Assembly: GCF_963921235.1 (NCBI RefSeq)
Contig: NC_086097.1
Location: 217,870,001 to 217,934,000, forward strand
Direction: 5' to 3'
From: Mobula hypostoma
Taxonomy: Eukaryota
DNA length: 64,000 bases
Part shown: positions 1 through 13,898 of the stretch, one piece after another
Numbering within the stretch: position 1 is the stretch's first letter
How the letters are laid out: each line of letters begins with the position of its first letter
The notes under the pieces: generated by a model
The model's input: the letters and a program-made list of their open reading frames with translations, nothing else
Told to the model about the DNA's origin: nothing
The model's database searches: none
Translations under genes and position numbers: made by a program

Positions 1-163
1 GATTTTTTGAGGACATGCAAATCTGAGAATATTCTCCAGAATCCCTAATGGTTTTTTGATTCAAAAGATTTTACACTACTACAAAAAGACCTTGGTAATA
101 TTTTAGTGACAAGCTTCAATGGAATTGGAGAAAACAAAATGAAGAAACTTGTTTCACTTAAAC

Positions 164-505
164 CAGTGGTCCACAACCTCCAGGCCGCGGACCGATACAT
201 TGCCGTGAAGAACGCAGCGGTACAGCAGTAGCCAGAACGCACCCAGCACATCTTTAAAAAAAAAGCCGAAATAAACAAGCTAATTGATTAGGTGCCGCCC
301 GGTACGTAAATGTCAGCCCAGATCACAGGCGATTGCCGATTGCGTTGCCTCTGATCTGGACTGACATTTACGTGCCGGGCAGCACCTAATTAACTAGCTT
401 GTTTATTTCCACTTTTTTCTTAAAGATATCCTGGGTGTGTTCCGGCTACCGCTGCATTCTTCATGGCAACGTATCGGTCCACGGCCCGGAGGTTGGGGAC
501 CACTG
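164..505. mobile_element. Palindromic hAT (Charlie-like) MITE
   Basis: Termini CAGTGGTCCACAACC and GGTTGGGGACCACTG; perfect 8-bp TSD ACTTAAAC (156-163, 506-513). The two halves are inverted copies over nearly the whole length. Confidence 0.92.
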
Positions 506-1271
506 ACTTAAACAATGATGGGGGGGGAGGGGGTGCAACATCTGAAATTCAATACCCATTGGGGTAAGTGAGGTAAAAACCCTCAATACATTTACAAGTT
601 ACTGGATGAAAACCTGATGAATCATAAGCCAGAAGCTTGAAAATGGGACAAATGTAAAGTACTCTTGACTGGCCACAATGAACAAATAGGTGGATTTCTC
701 TCTTTACAAATGTGACTAACTTTTTGAAAAATAAATTTATTTGTACTGATATATAAAAATATGTGCTTGTTATTTTTATCAATATTTTAAATAGTATATT
801 TTGATAATAGCAAGTTTAAAGCAGAGATTAGTTGTGTAATGGAGTTTATCTAGTATTTGCAGCCTATGGATTTATTACAGTTTAACTGCCTGAAAATAGG
901 AAGGGTCAGTTTCAAACCACTTCTCTTTCTAAAATATAACATGTTAAATATAAAAGTAATAGGCGTAATCCTAAATTATATTACTCATAGTTCTTCATAA
1001 TACATAATTTTAAAGAGGTCCAACAACACTTAACTTTCATAGAAGATGTTTCAAATCCAACTTTTGTTCATTATCTATTAGCAGCTGATTAATAGTGCCA
1101 TCTGCTGACCAAATGCATGTTTTCCATCTTGCAGCAAGATGAAAAAAAATGAAGGACAAATTAATCTAACCCTTAAAGTTCCAGCTGGATCATGCCCAGT
1201 TAATAGATAAATATCTGTTTTCGTATCAGATCTAGGATTCTTGAGGAGCTAATGTTCCACTATTCAAAAGA

Positions 1272-3957
1272 ACCAGGGAAATAGGATGATTTGGCAGATA
1301 AATGCATGGCTGAGAAGCTGGTGCAGGGGTCAGGGCTTCAGGTTCTTGGATAACTGGGATCTCTTCTGGGGGAGGTATGACCTGTTCAAAAGTGACGGGT
1401 TGCACCTGAACCTGAGGGGGACCAATATTCTCGCAGGCAGGTTTGTTAGAGCTGTTGGGGAGGGTTTAAACTAATTTGGCAGGGGGGTGGGAACTGGAAT
1501 GAAGGAACTCAGGAAAGGACAGATGGTAAAAAAGTAAAGATAGCATGCAGTCAGATTGTCAGGAAGGGAAGGCAGGTGCTGGGACTTAGTTGCAGCCAAT
1601 AGGCTGAGTATCAAATCATTAGGGATGCAGAGTCAGTACAAGAAATAAGGCAGATGATCTTGTTGCAATATTACAGATTGCCAGGTATGATGTTGTGGCC
1701 ATCACTGAATCATGGCTGAAGGATGGCTGTAGTTAGGAACTGAATGTCCAAGGTTACACATTATATTGGAGAGATAGGAAGGTAGGCAGAGGGGGTGGTA
1801 TGGCTCTACTGGTAAAGAATGGCATCAAATCAGTAGAAAGATGTGACATAAGATCGAAAGATGTTGAATCCTTGTGGATTGAGTTAAGAAACTGCAAGGG
1901 TAAAAGGACGTTGATGGCAGTTATATATAGGCCTCCCAACAGTGGCTGGGAGGTGGACCACAGGCTACAACAGGAAATAGAAAAGGTGTATCAAAAGGGC
2001 AATGTTATGGTAGTCATGGGAGATTATAACATGCAGGTCGATTGGGGAAAATCAGGTTGGTAATGGATCTCAAGAGTGTGAGTTTGTTGAATGCCTAAGA
2101 GATAGCTTTTTAGAGCAGTTTGTCATTGAGCCTACTAGAGGATCAGCTATACTGGATTGGGTGTTATGTAATGAACTGGAGGCGATTAGGGGGCTTAAGG
2201 TAAAATAACCCTTAGGAACCCAGTGATCACAATATGATTGTGTTCAACTTGAAATTCAATAGGGAGAAAGTAAAGTCTGATGTAGCAGTATTTCAGTGGA
2301 GTAAGGGAAATGACAGTGGTATGAGAGAGGAGTTGGCCAAAGTAAACTGGAAAGAGCTGCTGGCAGGGATGTCAGCAGAGCAACAATGGCGTGTGTTGCT
2401 GGGGAAAACAAGGAATGTACAGGACACGTATATTCCAAAAACAAAGAAATACTCAAATGGTAAAACAATACAATCGTGGCTGACAAGGGAAGTCAAAACT
2501 ATTGTAAAAGCAAAAGAAAGGGCATACAAAGCAAAAATTAGTGGGAAGACAGAGGATTGGGAAGTTTATAAAAACCTACAGAGAGCAACAAAAAAAATCA
2601 TTAGAAGGGAAAGGATGAAATATGAAAGCAAGCTAACAAATAATGTCAAAGTGGACAGTAAAAGTTTTTTCAAGTATGTTAAAAAGTAAAAGAGAAATGA
2701 GAGTGGATATAGGACCGCTAGAAAATGAGGCAGGACAAATAATAACAGGGGACAAGGAGATGGCTGATGAACTAAATGAGTATTTTGCATCAGTCTTCAC
2801 TGTGGAAGACACTAGCCGTAAGCCTGATGTTGTAGTGTGTGAAGGAAGAGAAGTGGGTACAGTTACTGTTACAGGAGAGAAGGTGCTCAAAAAGCTGGAA
2901 GACCTAAAGGTACATAAGTCACCCGGACCAGAGGAACTGCATCCTAGGGTTCTGAAAGAGGCAGCGTTAGAAATGATCTTTCAAAAATCATTGGACTCTG
3001 GCATGGTGCCTAAGAACTGAAAAATTGCAAAATATTACTCCACACTTTAAGAAAGGGAAAAGGCAGCAGAAAGGAAATTATAGACCAGTTAGCCTGACCT
3101 CAGTGATTGGGAAGATGTTAGAATCAATTGTTAAGGATGAGGTGATGGAGTAGTTGGTGCCAAAGGACAAGATAGGACAAAGTCAGCATGGTTCCTTCAA
3201 GGAAAATCTTGCCTGACGAACTTGTTGGAACTCTGAGGAGATAAAGGATAGATAAAGGGGATGCGGTGGATGTTGTATATTTGGAAAATGCATGGTCATG
3301 CACTTTGGGTTAGAAATAAATGTGCACACTATTTTCTAAATGGGGAGAAAATCCAAAAATCTGAGATGCGAAGGACTTGGAGTCCTTGTGCAGAACACTC
3401 TGAAGGCTAACTTGCAGGTTGAGGTGGTGGTGAGGAAGGTAAATGCCATGTTATCATTCATTTCAAGAGGTCCAGAATACAAGAGCAAGGATGTGATGCT
3501 GAGGCTTTATAAGATATTACTGAGGCCTCACCTTGACTACTGTGAACAGTTTTGGGCTCCTCATTTTAGAAAGGATGTGCTGGCATTGGAGATGGTCCAG
3601 AGGAGGTTCACAAGGATGATTCCAGGTATAAAAGGGTTATCATACGAGATACCATGGTGGGAGAGTCTAGGACAAGATGGCACAGCCTTAGGATAGACAA
3701 GATTTTTTTAGCCAAAGTGTGGTGAATTTGTGGTATTTCGTTGCCACATGCAGCTGTGCAGGCTAGGTCGTTGGGTGTATTTAAGGCAGAGACTGATAGG
3801 TTCTTGATTGGACATGGCATCAAAGGTTACGGGGAGAAGGCCGGAAACTGCGGTTGAGGAGGAGATAAAATAAAAACGGATCAGCCATGATTGAATGGCG
3901 GAGTAGACTCCATAGACCAGATGGCCTAATTCTGCTTCTATGTCTTATGGTCTTATG
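1272..3957 (+). mobile_element. CR1 LINE, 5'-truncated and degenerate (ORF1 esterase C-terminus, APE/RT remnants, 3' tail)
   Basis: ORF1 ends DGLHLNLRGTNILAGRFVRAVGEGLN*; APE motifs YRPPNS and GDYN; KSPGP; (GTCTTATG)-type tail; many stops and deletions. Confidence 0.9.
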
Positions 3958-3959
3958 AT

Positions 3960-5322
3960 AATCCTGGATCGGAACGTCCGATGTCAGTGGCAGGGAAGCT
4001 ACTGGAGACAATTCTCAAGGATTGGATTTACGAGTATGGGAAAACCACAGCCTAATTAGGGAGAGCTAGCATGGCTTGTTGCGGAGCATATAGTGTCTTA
4101 CTAACTTGATTTTTTTTTTGATGAGGTGATGAGGGTAATTGATGAAGGTTGTGCTGTGGATGTTATCTACATGGATTTTTTAGTAAACTGTTTTACAAGA
4201 TCCCTCATGGAAGGCTCATCTAGAAGATTAAGATCCATGGGATGCATCGTAAATTGGCCATATAGATTCAGAACTGGTTTGTCCATAGAAAAGAGAGTGT
4301 GGGTAGTAATTGAAGGGACATGATTCAGGCTGGAAGTCTGTGATTAGTAGTATTCAGCAGTGATTGGTACTGAGATCTCTGCTGTTTATGATATATATAT
4401 ATAAATGATCTGTATGAAAATGTAGATGGCTGGTTTTTTAAGTTTGCAGATGACATGAATATTAGTGGTGTGAATAGCGCAGAAGACTGGCAAAGAATAC
4501 TGCAGAATATAGAAATGGCTGCAAGGTGGTTACAGTTGCAGATATGGGCAAAGAAATGTCTGATGGAGATTAACCCAGCTAAATGTGAAGTATTGTACTT
4601 TGGTAGGTCAAATGCAAAAGAGAGTACATTGTTAAGGGTAAGACCCTTCACAGAGTTGATGAGCAGAGGGATCTTGGAGTCCAGGTTCACAGCCTCACTG
4701 TTTGATAGGATGGTTAAAGCATACGGCATGCTTGCCTTTATTAGTCAAGGCATTGAGTTCAAAAGGCAGGAAGTCACGCTGCAGCTCTATAAAACTCTGG
4801 TTAGGCTGCATCCGGAATATTGCATACAGTTTTGGTCACTCTATTATAGAAAGGACATTGAGACTCTGAAGAGGATGCAGAAGAGGCTTACCACAATGTT
4901 GCCTGGATTAGAGGGCGTGTGCAATAACGAGAAGTTAGACAAAATTATGGGAGGCATGGTTAGAGTAGACAGACAGGATTTTTTTCCTAGGGTTAAAATT
5001 TCTAACACCAGAGGGCATACATTTAAGGTAATGAGGGGAATTTCAAAGGAGATGTGAGGGGCAATTTTTCTCCCCCCCCCCCACACAAAGAGAGGAGTGG
5101 ATTCCTTGAATATAACACATAGAGTGGTGGTAGAGGCAGATACTTTAGGGACTTTTAAGAGACATTTAGATAGGCACATGAATGTGAGGAAAATGGAAGG
5201 ATATGGATATTGTGGAGGCAGAAGAGATTAGTTTAGTTGGCCATTTGATTACTAATTTAATTGGTTCCGCACAACATTGTGGGCTGAAGTGTCTGTTTCT
5301 GTGGTGTACTGTTCTATATTCT
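3960..5322 (+). mobile_element. CR1 LINE 3' fragment
   Basis: RT remnants (AVDVIYMDF, KFADD, LYKTLVRLHPEYCIQFWS) and a CR1 3' end. Confidence 0.85.
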
Positions 5323-5332
5323 TTGATATCTA

Positions 5333-6938
5333 CAGTGGTGCAAGGAAGTTTATGAACCCGTAGAAATTTCTCTATTTCTGCACAAATATGACCTAAAGTG
5401 TGATCAGATCTTCACCCAACTCCCAAAATTAAAGACAACCCAACTAAATAAACACAAAAACATTATACTTGTTCATTTAGTTATTGAGAACAAATATCCA
5501 ATACTACATGTATTTGTTCGAAAAAGAATGTGAACTTTGCTTTCAGTAACTGGTGTGACCCCCTTGTACAGCAATAACTTCAGCCAAGCGTTTTCAATAA
5601 CCATTAATCAGACCTCCACATCGGCCTGGAGGAATTTTTGGCTATTCCTCCCTAGAAAATTGCTTGAACTCTGGGATGTTGATGGGCTTCCTTGCACGAA
5701 CTGCTTGTTTCAGATTCTTCCACAACAGTCCTAAAGGATTAAGGTCAAGACTTTGACTCAGCCAGTCCAAAACACACATTTTCTTCTTTTTAAAACATTC
5801 TGTTGTTGATCTACTCTTGTTTTTTGGATCATTGCCTTGTTGAATTATCCAACTTCTATTAAATTTTCAGGTGACGAACTGCTGCCTATAATTCTCCTGT
5901 CAAATGTCTTAATATAGTTTCAAATTCATTGTTCCCTCAATGATTGCAAGCTGTCCAGGCCCAGAGGCAGCAAAGCAACCCCAAACCATAATGTTCCTTC
6001 CACCATGCTTCACAATTGGGATGAGGTTGTGGTATTGGTGTGCAGTGCCCTTTTTTCTCCAAACATAGCAATGTGCATTTCTGCCAAAAAGTTCAACTTT
6101 TGTCTCATCTGTCCACAGAACATTGTCCCAGAAGCATTGTAGAACATCCAGGTGGTCTTTTGCAAACTTGAGACATGCAGCAATTTTTTTTCTGAGAGCA
6201 GTGGTTTCCTCTGCCGTGTCCTTCCATGAACACCATTTTTGTTCAGTGTTTTTCTTATAGTGGACACATGAACAGCGACTTCAGCAAGTTCCACAGATTT
6301 CTGCAGGTCTTTTGCTGTTACCCTCAGGTTCTTTTTCACCTTCTTCAGTATTGCATGTTGTGCTCTTGGTGTGATCTTTGTAGGATGCCCACTCCTGGGG
6401 AGAGTAGCAACTGTACTGAGTTTCTTCCATTGGTAGACAATTTCCCTTACTGTGGACTGATGAACACTCAAGCATTTGTAGCCTTTTCCAGCTTCATGAA
6501 TTCTACAATTCTTCTTCTATAGTCCTCTGAAAGTTGTTTTGATCAAGGCATGGTGCACATTAACAGATTTTTCTTGAGAAGAGCAGGCTCTGTCAGTAAC
6601 CTGAGTGTGTGTCTTTTTATTTTTATATATATAGCGCAAAGCACCTCTACAACCCACACCTCCAATCTCATCCCATTGATCGGAACACCTGACTCCAAAT
6701 AGCCTTTGTAGAAGGCATTACCCCAGAGGTTCACATACCTTTTCCAACAATCACACAAAATATTGGATCATTTTTCTCAGTAAGTAAATTAACAAGCATA
6801 ATTATTTGTGTTATTTATTTAAATAGGTTCTCTTCATCTAGTTTTAGGACTTGCGCGAAGATCTGATCATATTTTAGGTCATATTTGTGCAGAAATAGAG
6901 AAAATTCTACAGGGTTCACAAACATTCTAGTACCACTG
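5333..6938 (-). mobile_element. Tc1-like DNA transposon, near full length, long (~200 bp) TIRs
   Basis: TA|CAGTGGT...ACCACTG|TA termini with TA duplication; long imperfect TIRs; transposase remnants inside. Confidence 0.93.
5543..6551 (-). pseudogene. Disrupted Tc1 transposase
   Basis: Begins MP*SKQLSEDYRRRIVE; HTH region STVREIVYQWKK...LPRSGHPTKITPR; ends AEVIAVQGGHTSY*; contains stops and frameshifts. Confidence 0.88.
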
Positions 6939-8174
6939 TATGTCAAGTATCACAGTCCTAAATGGGGATTGATTCGACTGCAGGAAGGCCTAGGTGATAC
7001 TATAAATCAGGACTGGAATTGTTGGAGACAAATGGACTGCCACTGATTTGAACTGTCTTCTTCCACATCTAAATAACATTTTAGAAGGTAATAAAAATAT
7101 TTTATCCCTTAATTTTGTGTATTTAAGAATTGCATCACATTCCTTTATCTATTTGTCAGCATGTTATTTGCAACTCCAGCTCGTCTCTCTCAGACACTGC
7201 TCAACTGCATTTCTCACCATGTTCCCGCACAGATTTTATCAACCTACCCTCTTTTGGAGCAAACAAGTCACAAAACTAACCAAGTTACAAGTTTATTCAG
7301 AGATGGATTCCTGCCCGTCTCAGAAATAATTCATTGAATAAAAAGGTAAAGATTTCTTTGACACGAATTAAATTTCAACTTGCAGAAATTCTAGACTTCA
7401 ACAACAGAAGGATGAACATTTTGATTACAGATATCAGATTCTTGCTCTGCAGGTAATCTGACAACAATGGCTAAGTAGTTTGGTGCATGTGAAATGCAGA
7501 GCAGTGAAGGCATAGCATTTTAATTCTATGAACCCATAATGGGATAGAGGAATTGCCATTGTGTTTATATAGACCAGAGAATTTTGTGACAAAATGGATT
7601 GTGTATATTTTCATTGAATTTAAGCTGACATAATGCAATTATTGATGGAAAAACTGAAAGAGATATTCCAATATGTATCTGAATAGAAAAGGTAGCAACT
7701 TAACCAAATATACTAACTAAGAGAAACTTGACTAACAACAAACATACAAAACCATCATTGTACAAAGTTACGTTTGATTCTATAGATCACAGCCCAGATT
7801 TTAATGATGAATGAGCAGTGAAAGCTGTTAATTACACATACCCAAAGACTTATGTACAGGAAGTTGCAGTAATTATAATTCCATTTCTGCTCAGGGCATT
7901 TGGGATTTGGTGAACAGACCAAACTACTGCAACTTGTTAATCAACTTGAAAAATCCTGACTCTGGCATGCAGATTTTAAATCAGGAAGTGCAAGTCAAAC
8001 TATTTAATTCAATGCTAAATCAAGTACAAAAGCAAATAAAGAGGAAAAATAAGGAGACTGAGAAATAGAGGAAAAGATTCAGCAATAAATTATTGCTGGA
8101 GATTTTTAAGTAGTTAAGTTGTTGAGAAATGAGACTCTATAGTTGTAAGTTTTGTTAACTTCCAGTACCCGGGA

Positions 8175-10680
8175 AATTGTGGCTGAAAGATCATAGTTGG
8201 GAGCTTAACATCCAAGGATACACATTGTATTGAAAGGACAGGCAAGTAGGGAGTGGGGTGGCTCTATTCGTAAAAAATGAAATCAAATACTTACGAAAGT
8301 TAACACAGGATTAGAAGATGTAGAATCCGAACTGTACCCAGGATGTGGTGTACATAGTACAACAGATTAAAAAGGCATGTAAAAAGGGCAATGTTACGAT
8401 AGTCTTGGGGGAATTTCAGTATACAGGTAGAATGGGAAAAATCAAGTTGGTGCTGAATCCCAAGAGAGGAAATTTATAGAATGGTAATGAGATGATAATT
8501 TAGAGCAGCTTGTGGTTCAGCCCACAAGGGAAAAGGCAATTCTAGATTGGGTGTTGTGTAATAAACCAGATTTGATTAGAAAGCTTAAGGTAAAGGAACC
8601 TTTAAGAGATAGTGATCATAATATGATAGAATTCACCCTGCAGTTTGAGAGGGAGAAGTTAAAAGATCAGATGTATCGGCATTACAGTGGAGTAAAGAAA
8701 ATTATAGAGGCACGAGAGAGGAGCTGGCCAAAGTTGATTGGAAGGGGCCACTAGCAAGGACGATGGCAGAACGATAATTGTTGCAGTTCTTGTGAGCATT
8801 TCAGAAGGCCTAGTATAGATAGATAGAGAGGTCAAAGACAGCATAAAAGTAAAAGAGAAGACATATAATATGGCAAAAATTAGTGGGAAGTTAGAGGATT
8901 TGGAAGTTTTTAAAAACCAACAGAAGGCAACTAAAAAAAGTGATGAGAGAAAAGTTGCTAACCAATAAAAAGAGGATACCATAAGCTTTTTCAGATGTAC
9001 ATCTAAAAAGTAAAAGAGGTGAGAATGGATATTAGATCACCGGAAAATGACGCTAGAAAGATAGTAATGGGAGACAAAGAAATGGCAGATAAATTTATTA
9101 AGTATTTTGCATCAGTCTTCATTGTGGAATACACCAGATGTGTGTAAGCGGGCAGATGTGAGTGTAGGTACTATTACTAAGGATAAGGTGCTTGGGAAGC
9201 TGAAAGGTCTGAAGGTAGATAAGTCACCTAGACCAGATGCACTGCACCCCAGGGTTCTGAAAGAGGTAGATGAAAAGATTATGGAGGTATTAGCAGTGAT
9301 CTTTCAAGAATCATGAGATTCTGGAATGATCCAAAGGACTGGAAAATTGTCACTCCACTCTTTAAGAAGGGAGGGAGGCAAAAGAAAGGAAATTATAGGC
9401 CTGTTAGCCTGACTTCAATGGTTAGGAAGATGTTGGAGTCCATTATTAAGAATGAGGTTTTGGGGTTCTTGGAGGCACATTATAAAATAGGCCAAAGTCC
9501 TTAAGGGGAAATCTTGCCTTACAAATCTGTTGGAATTCATTGAGAAAATAACAGGCACGACAGACAACGGAGAGTCAGTGTTGTTTACCTGTATTTCAGG
9601 TAGCCTTTTGCAAGTTGCCACACATAAAGCTGCTTAATGCACATGCGCACCGAGTGCACATGCGCCAGTCGTGCATGCAGCCTGTTACAGCCGTTCCGAT
9701 CGGATTCTTACTTTTTAACTTACGTTATTTTTAGTATTTTTTTTTCCACGGTAACATGTCGAAGCTGCACCCTCTCTAACATGCTGGTAGAGAGAGTTTT
9801 ATTTGGGTTTTTAGTCCTGGAAACAGTGACATCCCGACACGCGGGACAGAAGCATGGTCGCATTGTTCATTCCAGGGACCAGCTGCTTGCACTAATGCCG
9901 GCCGGTTTAGCGAGCAGAGCAGCGGACACCCCTGCTGAAATCTGGAGGAAAACACACAGAGGATGCAGAGGGGGATCACAAAGTCAAGGAAAGAGGACCA
10001 GGTCAAGACAACAGAGACTTATGGAGAAGAGGAGTTCGGTGGGTAATAAAATGGATGAGTTCACGGCGCTAGCCAGGCGTCAGAGAACATTTCGGGAGTG
10101 CAGTGTTATGTGTTTCACTGGAATGGGGCTGCACGAGGACATACCCGATCAAAACTTCTCCATGGACGGCTTCCAGACCGTTCCGGCTGACCGGAAGTGC
10201 ACTGAGAGTAGTAAGCATAAAGGAGTTGGGTGCTTACTGTTCTGGTTAACAACAGATGGTGCAATCCGGGTCATATGATGGGCGAGGAACGTGTTTGTAG
10301 ATCAGATATTGAACTTTTTACTGTTGGACTTCGGCCATATTTCACCGAGATACAACACTGGGCGGCACGGGAGGTCATTCCTTCCTGTGGCCATCGAACT
10401 TGCACTGCCTCCCGTGGCGGGTCAGACACCCTGAGCCAATAGACTAGTCCTGGACTTTTTCCATCTGGCATAGTTTGCATTTTGTTGTTTGATTGTTTGT
10501 GGTGTTTGTATTGCTATATTTATGCTCTATTCTTGGCTAGCACGGCTGTAACAAAACCCAATTTCCCTCGGGATCAATAAAGTATATCTATCTATCTATC
10601 TATCTATCTAACAGGATAAGAGCCCATGGTATGACAGGAAAGATACTAGCATGGATAGAAGATTGTCTGACTCTCCAGCG
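8175..10680 (+). mobile_element. Degenerate CR1 fragment interrupted by a Rex-derived insertion
   Basis: PTREKAILDWVL, SDHNMI and NYRPVSLTS motifs; the CR1 sequence resumes at about 10610 after the insert. Confidence 0.85.
9638..10608 (+). mobile_element. Internally deleted Rex1/Babar-type non-LTR element
   Basis: 5' part encodes a Rex-type N-terminus and APE start (SRDQLLAL, NKMDE, RECSVMCFT, DGFQTVPADR, GLRPY). At about 10340 it jumps to the family 3' end, which is homologous to 45160-45400. AATAAA followed by a (TATC)n tail. Confidence 0.82.
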
Positions 10681-11509
10681 GACAAGCTGGAGCGGGAGAA
10701 GTTGGTGGATGGGCCAGAGAAGCTGTGGAGGAGTTGACCTGGGTCCCGGGTGCAGACACTGCTGCTGCCTGCTACTTGAAGACATCAGAGAGGACTAAAA
10801 TATAATATTACATTAGGACTAGATAATAATTTTCCAGTAAAATGGCAGTGCACTCAGACACTGTGGCTACTCCTTGTCAAATCAAAGGTGTATTTGTTTG
10901 TCCTGTACGCCTATTTTACAATCACAAGTCACTGCCGGATACTAAGAACATCAAGTACTGCAGCACTATCCCATCAGCAAATTGCTCGATAGCAATGGAG
11001 CTGGATTAACTATATACTGTTATTGTGTTTTTGCCTGGACTTCTTGCGTGCCATCGTGCTGAGATGGTGGGCAGTGCAAGTGATATTCTTGGATGTTTTT
11101 CATCAGATTGCAAGACCCTGTTGTACATTGGTTACGTAGAATACTGCAAGTCTGGTTCACTGGAGAGACTGACAGCGGGGGAGCTGCTTTGCCTCTGTTG
11201 TGGCAAGGACTAGGCCCATGCCACGGGTTGCCCACTGCATCCGTCCAGGAGTGGAGACACCGACGTGATATGCAAGAGCCTCTGAGTCATGCCAGACTCC
11301 ATACTGGGCCGGCCCCTGCTGCCCTCCAGTTTGCTTGGTGGACAAGCAAGCTGGACCAAGACAACTTACCATGCTATATTGCTTTTCTTTCTTTGTGACT
11401 TCACTTTTCTGAAATAGTAACCAAATGTACTATTGGTACTGTGTTTTACACCTTAGCCCTGGAGGAATGCTGCTTTTTATGGTGATATACTCACGCATGG
11501 TTGAACGAC

Positions 11510-12340
11510 AGACTGCATCATATGAGCAGTTTTGGGCCCCTTATGTAAGAAGAGATGTGCTGAATCTATTGCGAACTGAGAGTCTAAGGAAAGTTCATGA
11601 AAATTATTCTGCAAATGGAAGGGTTAATGCATGAGGAGTGTTTGATGGGTCTGGACCTGCACTCACTGGAGTTTAGAAGAATGGGAGGGAGGGAGGGAGG
11701 GATATCATTAAAGCCTTTTGACTATTGAAAAGCCTAGATAAAGTGGATGTGGAGAGGATGTTTCCTTTAGTGGGAGAGTCTAGGACCAGAGGGCACAGCC
11801 TCAGATGGTCTTATCTCAGGAATTTGCCTTATGATTCTCCTTTGGACTGCCTGTAATCCCAGGATATACTTTCTTTAAAAAAGAGAACACAAACCAAAAT
11901 TGTGCACAGTACTTCAAGTGTGGCCTCAACAATACCATAGAATATAAGACATAGGTGCAGAATTAGGCCATTCAGCCCATTGAGTCTGGTCTGCCATTCC
12001 ATCATGGCTGATTTATTATCTCCACCACCCCCACCCCACCACATTCCCATCTTCTTCCCTTAACCTTTGGCACCCTTACTAATCAAGGGCCTATCAACTT
12101 CCACTTTAAATATACCCAATGACTTGGCCTCCACAGCCACCTGTGGGAATGAATTTCACAGATTCATACTGTCTGGGTAAGGAAATTCCTCCTAACCTCT
12201 GTTCACAATACTGTGCAGTCTGACCAATTACTTATAAGGCCTCAGCATTACATCCTTAATTTTATATTCTAGTCCTCTTGAAATAAATGCTAATATTTCA
12301 TTTGCCTTCCCTACTACTGACTCAACCTACAAGTTAACCC
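11510..12340. mobile_element. Mosaic of short CR1 3' fragments in both orientations
   Basis: EQFWAPY motif on +; CR1 3'-UTR (ATAGGTGCAGAATTAGGCCATTCAGCCC) on -. Confidence 0.7.
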
Positions 12341-13898
12341 ATGTAAATGTAACAATAGTTAAACATTTCCAAGCTAAAATGCTCTTGTAATAAAGGCCAA
12401 TATTCTTTTTCAAATGCTTACTGCAACTACCTACCAACTTTTGCAACTCACCTGCAAGAACATCTAAATCCTTCTTTACTCCAAAAATTAGCTTCATTGC
12501 CCCCTCTCCCAGATCTCTTTAAACCTAAAAAGCTATGAAGTAACTTTCCAACCACTTTGCTCTCTAAAATCATTGAGTTGGCTCTTGAAAACTTGGTTAG
12601 TATTTCACTTACTCTAAGTTCCATCACTTTCAACAATGTGCTTCAAAGCAAAATCAAGAATCATAACCTTTGTGACCATTGTGCAATACTCCTCACCATC
12701 ATAATCACTGCAGCCCTGATGTAGTCAGCCATCTTCCTCCAGTAATTCTATTATCCAATTTGGTACGATTACCAAATACTTGGCTCCATTCTGACCTACC
12801 CCACCACAACTGAATTATCTCAACAAAATGCCTCTTTTCCCACTGCCCTCATGTTTCTTTTTCATTCTTCTACGAGCAGGTACACACATGCGGTCAGATT
12901 CCAAATAGAGTGACAACACCAGGTTCCAGCCCTCACTGAAGTTTTATGATGGTGTTGCAGTGACAGAATCTTCAACATAAAACCTGTTTTAGATGTACTG
13001 AAATTTCCTCAGAAGTAAATATTGAGAAATTAAACCATTTACCAAGCCTCAAAACCACTTTACTTCGCCTCTAGCACAGTTGATTCCAGGCTAAATTTCA
13101 AATCCATATGGCAGTCACCATCAGAGTCATCTCCAGGCCTTACCTCAGCACACATAATCCTTGTACTCACCCACAGAATTATGTAGAAATGAGCTCATGT
13201 TTTCAATTCTTATTTATATTATTTTTTTTTGTATTTGCACATTGGTTGTTTCTCCATCCTTATGTGCAGCTTTTCATTGATTCCATTGTGCTCCTTTGAA
13301 TATACTATGAACGCCCACAAGAAAATGAATCTCAGGGATTTATATGGTGATGAATACACACTTTGATAATAAATTTACTTCGAATATTGAGCTTCTGTAA
13401 CTTAATTATTTTTTCAAAAATTAGAGGAAAAGCAAAGAAACTGAAATATGAATTTTAATTAGAAGAATATTTCTATATACTTGATTGGTATCGATAAGTC
13501 CTGAGAAACAATATAAAGCACATTTGTTAACTGCACCATCCAGAATCATGGTCCTGAACAAAAATATAAATCTGCAGTCAAATTTAATGTTAAGCACAAT
13601 TTCCTTCAGTAAATAGTGTGTAAAGGGAATCCAATTAATAACTTTGACCAAATTTAATTCAGTTTTGTAATTTCGGTTCCACATTGACTTTGCAACTGAT
13701 GTTCCATTTAATAATACCTAAAATCTATATAGTATTTTTCTAGCAAGATGAATGGTTTACAAGAAGCAGTGAACAGAGCCACAAGACTTAGGTATTTACG
13801 TAGAAAAATATTATCAATCCAGGCATAGGAAATTTACGCCAACAAATTTAGAATGGGAAAGACTGACAACATTGTAACTGTATGAATCCTACATGTCT

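Noticed and set aside
13421..13684. Possible COPS5 exon 3 (CFSGLIDTNQ resembles CWLSGIDVSTQ)
   Set aside because: Lacks the invariant GWYHSHP JAMM motif; two acceptor-like sites but only a weak donor.
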